From the IMG/VR virus record IMGVR_UViG_3300028886_000045: a stretch of 64,000 nucleotides of DNA. The stretch is one strand, 5' to 3'. The stretch is from a virus (taxonomy: Duplodnaviria; Caudoviricetes). Positions 58,924 to 64,000 of this stretch are shown here, in pieces. Made by a program: the position numbers and the translations under genes. Within the stretch, counting starts at the first letter, position 1. Every line of letters starts with the position of its first letter. Below the pieces are notes generated by a model. That model saw only the letters and a list, made by a program, of their open reading frames with translations, did no database searches and was not told the origin of the DNA.

Positions 58924-59130
58924 TTAATGTACATCCATCACCTTCAGTACCTTCTTGTTTCCGACAATGGAAACTTCTGCCAAAGCATCATAGCCTAACT
59001 TTTCAGCAACTTCTTTTGATGCCACTTGGTAGCCTTTTCTTTCCTTTATGGCTACAAGGTAACTAACACCATGCTTTAGATTAGCCACAGAAACAGCAAA
59101 GGCTATGCTTTCGATTTCTTGATATGTCAT
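58924..59130 (-). CDS. hypothetical protein
   Basis: Preceded by pseudoknot motif. Confidence 0.65.
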   Translation of the reverse strand: MTYQEIESIAFAVSVANLKHGVSYLVAIKERKGYQVASKEVAEKLGYDALAEVSIVGNKKVLKVMDVH

Positions 59131-59136
59131 AATTAC

Positions 59137-59164
59137 GCGGTCTTTTTACCTCTGACCATGAGGG
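59137..59164 (-). promoter_or_regulatory. intercistronic pseudoknot motif, covariant copy
   Basis: CCUC-AUGGUC-A-GAGG-UAAAAA-GACCG; stem 2 is GGUC/GACC. Confidence 0.65.
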
Positions 59165-59500
59165 TTACTTGTTACCGATTAAAAACATTTCAGATTCTTG
59201 CTTTTTTGTAAAAGGGATTACATAACCCTTTTCAATATCGCTATATTGTGCCATGCTATACTGCTTATCACAGAATAGGCGAACCTCGTACACCTTTGAC
59301 AACTTCTTGAAAGCCTCTGCCTTTTCTTTCAGATATTTACGCGCATTTTCCTCAGATGCAAAGTGCTTTCGTGCATTCTTTCCGTAACTATCACCAAACG
59401 CACTATCCATAAGAATCTTTGAATCTTTCTTTGTGACTATGCCTTTCTGTGCGCGAAACTCCACCCAAACAATTTTATATGATGATAATACCATTTCCAT
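59165..59500 (-). CDS. hypothetical protein
   Basis: Operon after promoter 60095. Confidence 0.65.
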   Translation of the reverse strand: MEMVLSSYKIVWVEFRAQKGIVTKKDSKILMDSAFGDSYGKNARKHFASEENARKYLKEKAEAFKKLSKVYEVRLFCDKQYSMAQYSDIEKGYVIPFTKKQESEMFLIGNK

Positions 59501-59521
59501 ATCGCTAATTTTTTTGTTGTT

Positions 59522-59761
59522 CTACATTTTTAGACCTTTCACAAAGATTTCTCCTATCTTTGTTGGTTTACGCCATTTCTCATTAGGGTAATTACCCCTA
59601 AAATCCCATTGCACAAGGGTACTCCACTCCCTTTCCCAAATAACACCATCGTTCAACTCCTTTAACTTTTCCGCTATGGCTTTGCAAGCCTTGGCGTTTT
59701 GGCTTACTTCTGAATTTTTGCTTTTAAGTTGTACTTCCAACTCTGCTAATAGGTTGCCCAT
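59522..59761 (-). CDS. hypothetical protein
   Basis: Preceded by pseudoknot motif. Confidence 0.65.
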   Translation of the reverse strand: MGNLLAELEVQLKSKNSEVSQNAKACKAIAEKLKELNDGVIWEREWSTLVQWDFRGNYPNEKWRKPTKIGEIFVKGLKM

Positions 59762-59768
59762 AATTTCT

Positions 59769-59798
59769 ATGACCTTGTTATTCTCTCGGTCGTGAGGG
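59769..59798 (-). promoter_or_regulatory. intercistronic pseudoknot motif
   Basis: CCCUC-ACGACC-GAGAG-AAUAACAA-GGUCAU fills most of the gap between stop 59799 and ATG 59761. Confidence 0.7.
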
Positions 59799-60026
59799 TT
59801 AATTGATTTCTATTACTTGGTACTGTCCTTCCATTGGGAAAGCCTTTGCCACTTCGTTTATTTCGGCTATTGCTTTAGATACTTCATTGTCTGCAAACAC
59901 CTTTGCGTACCTCTTGTATCTGCAAGTTCTGAAACTTACCCCATTTTCTCCTTTCTGATAATAACTAAGGTAATTAACCTTGCAGTCCTTAACTTGCATT
60001 ATAACAAATTTCTTTTCTTTCTTCAT
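59799..60026 (-). CDS. hypothetical protein
   Basis: First gene after promoter 60095..60126. Confidence 0.65.
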   Translation of the reverse strand: MKKEKKFVIMQVKDCKVNYLSYYQKGENGVSFRTCRYKRYAKVFADNEVSKAIAEINEVAKAFPMEGQYQVIEIN

Positions 60027-60033
60027 ATCCTTT

Positions 60034-60061
60034 ATGACCTTGTTATTCTCTCGGTCATGAG
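60034..60061 (-). promoter_or_regulatory. 5'-leader pseudoknot motif
   Basis: CUC-AUGACC-GAGAG-AAUAACAA-GGUCAU, 7 nt before ATG 60026. Confidence 0.7.
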
Positions 60062-60525
60062 TTTTAGATTTAACTTTGTTTCTTAATTACAATGCAAAGG
60101 TACTATTTTTTCTTGAATTATGCAAACTTTTTGCCAACTTTTTTACAAACTTTCTACAATTTCTAAACTTTTGCCATGTACGGATGGCAAAACGCCCCTT
60201 TTTTACGACTAACACACACAATAATCCCCCAAAAATTATGCTCAAAGGTTTATACAACCCTATCCGCATATCCTTGGGGGATTCTTTCTTTTTTATGACT
60301 GCTTTTCCATATCTTTACGGTAGTCGCTAATCATCATATCTATATCAATACCTAACCTTGAATTGTTTAAGTATTCCACATAGTTATCTTTCAACCATTT
60401 ACAAGTCTCCTCTATATCCGCTTGCTTTTGGTCGGTCGCGATTTCCGTTAATTCCCTTTCAACCGCCCACCTTATTGCATGGTCAGCCCATGCGCTTGCT
60501 TTCTTCGCTATTTTTTCTTTAATTG

Positions 60526-60822
60526 TCATATTTCGCTGTTTTTGCGTTTTCTGTTTAACGCCCTCATCGGAGCATCATATGAATTGTGGCATTTTTGACA
60601 CCATGCGCGTAAATTGCTTTCGTCACAATTTTCGGGCGTGTGGTCGAGGTGAGCAATCGTAAGGACTATCTTAACCATTTTTCCGTTCTTTGGATTCAAC
60701 CTATAAGAATGATTCGGAACACCGCAGTTTTCGCAACAATTATTCGCGCGTCTTAAAATATTTTGTCTTATTTCCTTCCAATTTTTTGGATAACGGTTTT
60801 TGTTTTCGGGTTTTATTGGCAT
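60526..60822 (-). CDS. HNH endonuclease-like protein
   Basis: CENCG..LTIAHLDH..N..NLRAWCQKCHN. Confidence 0.85.
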   Translation of the reverse strand: MPIKPENKNRYPKNWKEIRQNILRRANNCCENCGVPNHSYRLNPKNGKMVKIVLTIAHLDHTPENCDESNLRAWCQKCHNSYDAPMRALNRKRKNSEI

Positions 60823-60829
60823 AATACTT

Positions 60830-61339
60830 TTAACCTTTATATGGATTATCTACTTCGCCTACTTCGATAGCAAGACCTTTGGGAATTAAATCCATAAAGT
60901 CAAAATGATAACGCAACAAGAAATTTTGCACATCGATAATCTCTGTATAACATATATGACCGCAAAGTACATCGTCTTGTACGGATATATTGTGATAGCA
61001 CAGACAATTCAGTTCATCCAACTCTCGCTCCGTCATACTTGACAAAGGTCTGAGGTATGGCTTTACATTTTCAATGGCAATATACCCTTTATTGCACATC
61101 TGCTCGAAATATACTTTTTCTCTGTAACTTTTCCCCTCTAATATAGGTCTAATGCAAGCCCTATTAGACAATTTATCTATCAGAAACAAAGTACCATCGC
61201 CTTTATAAGTAGGGTGATTTCCTTTTTCTTTTTCCTCTGTATTGTAGTCTATGATTATGCACGACACAACCACATTATAAGGTATTGCCATAGACAAATA
61301 CCTTAATAGCAAATCTTTATTTTCTTTTTCCTTTGTCAT
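60830..61339 (-). CDS. phage protein, 'PYLRPMSSMT' family
   Basis: KPYLRPLSSMT..HFDFMDLIPKGLAI. Confidence 0.75.
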   Translation of the reverse strand: MTKEKENKDLLLRYLSMAIPYNVVVSCIIIDYNTEEKEKGNHPTYKGDGTLFLIDKLSNRACIRPILEGKSYREKVYFEQMCNKGYIAIENVKPYLRPLSSMTERELDELNCLCYHNISVQDDVLCGHICYTEIIDVQNFLLRYHFDFMDLIPKGLAIEVGEVDNPYKG

Positions 61340-61481
61340 TTCTTTAATCCAACTTAATAAAAAATCTTAATTACATTGCAAATGTACACACTTTTTCTTA
61401 ATTACACAAATTTTATGTCATTTTTATATCCCAACACCCTTGATTTCTGCATTTTTGCCATCCCTACATGGCATTTTTACC

Positions 61482-62282
61482 CTAAAACAAAGTCGGTTGT
61501 CTTTTATAGTCTGCTATCCTACGGCTTGTAATATCAAAATACTTGCTATCCAATTCAAACCCCAAGAAATTACGTTTTTCAGCCATGCAAGCAATCGCAG
61601 TCGTACCGCTACCCATACAATTATCAAGCACGGTTTCCCCCTCGTTGCTATACGTTCTAACCAAGTACCGAATCAGTTCCAACGGCTTTTGTGTAGGGTG
61701 CATCCTATAATCGCCATTCTTCACCCTTGACTCTTTCTTTGGCGTGTAGGGAACTTTGTAAGCCATTACCGATATAGGGTCACGCATACCATCATCCTTG
61801 TGTCGCATTCTGCCCTTTACCTTTGCCCCAATGATATTGTTTTCCTCTTCCAATATTTCGTAGGTCTTTCTTTGCGTCAAAAACTGTTTGTCTGTCACTA
61901 CCCACTTTTGGGGATTGAATGTATAACTCCCACTTTTGGAAAACACGATAATATCCTCATGCAACTTCTGATGTCGCTTTCCGCTTTGCAATCCGCTTGG
62001 TGACTTATTCTTTAGCCACACAAGGCTTTCGCGGAAATCCCCCATATTACTTGCAATAAGCGATGTCGTAAAGGGTTGTGAACCGAACAACACAATAGCA
62101 CCATTTGGCTTTACTATGCGCTTGTATTGTGCCCACAGTTCGTCAAACGGAATTACTGCGTCCCACTTGCATGATGTCGTACCAAACGGAAGGTCACATA
62201 TCACGCAATCTATACTATTTTTGGGAATATCACGCATTCCCACCAAACAATCTATATTGTATATTTTATTCAGTTCTAACAT
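61482..62282 (-). CDS. N4/N6 DNA methyltransferase (beta class)
   Basis: ICDLPF, HPTQKP, LDNCMGSGTT; ends QPTLF. Confidence 0.9.
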   Translation of the reverse strand: MLELNKIYNIDCLVGMRDIPKNSIDCVICDLPFGTTSCKWDAVIPFDELWAQYKRIVKPNGAIVLFGSQPFTTSLIASNMGDFRESLVWLKNKSPSGLQSGKRHQKLHEDIIVFSKSGSYTFNPQKWVVTDKQFLTQRKTYEILEEENNIIGAKVKGRMRHKDDGMRDPISVMAYKVPYTPKKESRVKNGDYRMHPTQKPLELIRYLVRTYSNEGETVLDNCMGSGTTAIACMAEKRNFLGFELDSKYFDITSRRIADYKRQPTLF

Positions 62283-63053
62283 CTAAAATAAACTTAATTG
62301 TGACATTTCAGATTCTATACGTTTTTTTGCCTTATTATAGTATTCGCTATCCAATTCAAAGCCTATAAAATTTCGCTTCTCCTTAATGCAAGCAATCGCG
62401 GTTGTACCCGAACCCATACAATTATCCATTACCAAATCTCCCTCGTTAGTATAGGTACGCACCAAGTAACGGATTAACTCAATAGGTTTCTGTGTAGGGT
62501 GCAACAATTCCTTTCCGTGCAACACATTGGAAAATTCAAGTACGCTTTTGGGGTATCTGTGGTTTCCACCCCACACGGATATATAACCTTCCTTTTCCCC
62601 CGTCTTTCCTAACGTGCCTTTACTTCTGTCTGTATTCGTGTGTTGTACCTTTCTTTTCTGTGGCGTGCCATCATCCCAAAACTGAGGGTTAAACGTAGGC
62701 AAAGCGCGATAAAACACCGCAATATCCTCAGTCCAATTCATAAACTGCTTTTTGGCGTTCATTACGTTTGTCGGTCTATTCTTCAACCATGTTAGTTTCT
62801 GACGGAATATCTTAGGGTTGCTCATTATCAAGGCAGAGGTGAAAGGCTCTGCACAAAACAAAACAATCGGTGCATTCTTCTTACACACCCTTAGATATTC
62901 TTTCCACAATGGCTCAAAGGGAATAATGCTATCCCACGCGCATTTGGTATATCCATAGGGCAAATCACAGATAATGCAGTCCACTACACCGTCCGCGATT
63001 TTCTGCATACCTACAAGACAATCCTCATTGTATATCTTATTTGTTTCCAACAT
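62283..63053 (-). CDS. N4/N6 DNA methyltransferase (beta class)
   Basis: ICDLPY, HPTQKP, MDNCMGSGTT; ends QLSLF. Confidence 0.92.
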   Translation of the reverse strand: MLETNKIYNEDCLVGMQKIADGVVDCIICDLPYGYTKCAWDSIIPFEPLWKEYLRVCKKNAPIVLFCAEPFTSALIMSNPKIFRQKLTWLKNRPTNVMNAKKQFMNWTEDIAVFYRALPTFNPQFWDDGTPQKRKVQHTNTDRSKGTLGKTGEKEGYISVWGGNHRYPKSVLEFSNVLHGKELLHPTQKPIELIRYLVRTYTNEGDLVMDNCMGSGTTAIACIKEKRNFIGFELDSEYYNKAKKRIESEMSQLSLF

Positions 63054-63057
63054 ACCC

Positions 63058-63483
63058 TTACAGATTCTTTTCTTTCTTTAGTTGTGCCACCCTTGCAGTA
63101 TAGTATTTTATCATTTCCTCTAACTCGAAATCGTGCCATTTCTTAGCCAAATGCCCCCTTACTTCGATTTCATTTACTTTCTGCTCCCCATACAACTTAA
63201 CCATTGCCCTACGATATGCAAGCATATTTCCGTGCATCATCACGTTACACGCCACACATTGCGAATGGCAGTTTTCCTCGGAAAACCTTACCGACATTGC
63301 AGAACGCCCCACATAGTGACCGTTCTGTATCTTTGTCCAATGGTGTATTCTTCCACACGAAATGCACTTTACCAACCCCGAATGTGGCATTGCATCCCTT
63401 AGTCTTATGTATATAGAAAAAATCCTATCTAACTTTTCTATAAGTTTCTGTCTATCCGTTTTCTTTCTTCTTTGTAGTGCCAT
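63058..63483 (-). CDS. ninG: NinG/Rap-like endonuclease
   Basis: FSIYIRLRD..CISCG..GHY..RFSEENCHSQCVACN. Confidence 0.88.
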   Translation of the reverse strand: MALQRRKKTDRQKLIEKLDRIFSIYIRLRDAMPHSGLVKCISCGRIHHWTKIQNGHYVGRSAMSVRFSEENCHSQCVACNVMMHGNMLAYRRAMVKLYGEQKVNEIEVRGHLAKKWHDFELEEMIKYYTARVAQLKKEKNL

Positions 63484-63538
63484 ATCTTAATTACTAAAAA
63501 AGGACGGACATCACCCCTTTGTCCGTCCCTTTATTTAC

Positions 63539-63985
63539 TTATGCAAGGTATAGTGCCAAATACTTCAATAACACATCCTTGTTTACCAACTCACTTTCTT
63601 CAAGCCTATCCATTACTAAAGAATTAACCCTATCTACCATTTCCCTATATTTTTGATACCTTTCATAAAGGAAAATCAAGTTTTCGGAATTGTGAGAAAT
63701 AAGGCTTTGCCTACTTTGCGTTACGTTACAGATAGCACGCATAACGCTTTTGGAAATCTTACCACCTGCCAATTTCTGAGGTGAATAGTACAAAAGTACA
63801 ATCGTTAGGAAAACTTGCTTTCTTTCCGTAGGCTGTATGTAAGGGTACTCCTCATTGCATATATCCCATATATCTTGTATAAAGGACTCTTCAATCAACA
63901 ACGGCTTGTAAAGATGCCTTACCACCTTGTTTATGTGTTTCCGTTGTTCATTGAGCGATGTTAGTTGTTTTATATTCTTGAACAT
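63539..63985 (-). CDS. hypothetical Bacteroidetes phage protein
   Basis: RKQVFL..YYSP..IS..LIFLY..Y; followed by hairpin at about 63500..63531. Confidence 0.7.
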   Translation of the reverse strand: MFKNIKQLTSLNEQRKHINKVVRHLYKPLLIEESFIQDIWDICNEEYPYIQPTERKQVFLTIVLLYYSPQKLAGGKISKSVMRAICNVTQSRQSLISHNSENLIFLYERYQKYREMVDRVNSLVMDRLEESELVNKDVLLKYLALYLA

Positions 63986-64000
63986 ACGCGCCTACTATCT

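Noticed and set aside
62-63416. Most plus-strand ORFs in the track (e.g. 11609..12292, 27470..28036, 44946..45398)
   Set aside because: They are antisense shadows of well-supported minus-strand genes, lack plus-strand promoters and have atypical composition. Only 35159..36151 is accepted.
1-64000. Alternative genetic code (TAG/TGA recoding)
   Set aside because: TerL, portal, helicase, TnpB and the MTases are full length in code 11, and TAG ends genes at sensible junctions.

Overview
This is a 64-kb segment of a large tailed dsDNA phage of Bacteroidales (Bacteroides/Prevotella-type host). The host inference rests on about 26 near-consensus TTTG-N20-TAnnTTTG promoters. Almost all genes are on the minus strand and read in the standard code 11. 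0-30 kb and 50-64 kb are promoter-delimited cassettes of small accessory genes in several paralog families. They also carry a solo TnpB, an intein-containing SF2 helicase, two DNA methyltransferases (a third lies at 36.3 kb), NinG, an HNH protein, HTH-repeat proteins and a tRNA-Met. 30-34.4 kb is a packaging module (TerS, PBSX-type TerL, a free degenerate Hint domain, portal). The best candidate for an undescribed system is 38.8-50.5 kb. (i) A separately promoted tRNA-like gene has an initiator-type acceptor stem (C1:A72, G2:C71, C3:G70) but the anticodon loop UU-AAC-UU. That whole loop is complementary to GA-GUU-AG, found 0.7 kb downstream at the first in-frame codon of a gene with no AUG start and an SD-like GGAGG 8 nt upstream. 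This suggests a private GUU initiation system, and an N-formyl-amino-acid hydrolase homolog is the next gene. (ii) Five proteins, including that gene product and an unannotated 43-aa ORF, share a C-terminal RRA(S/M)G(S/G)KG tag. (iii) Three PP-loop (PAPS-reductase-like)/ParB-like pairs, three ASCH-like proteins and a RelA/SpoT-type synthetase plus HD hydrolase are interleaved with these. Other novel-looking signals are a covarying H-type pseudoknot directly upstream of five start codons and ORF-less promoter-to-GNRA-terminator units (candidate sRNAs). All family calls come from motif recognition by eye; no searches were run.
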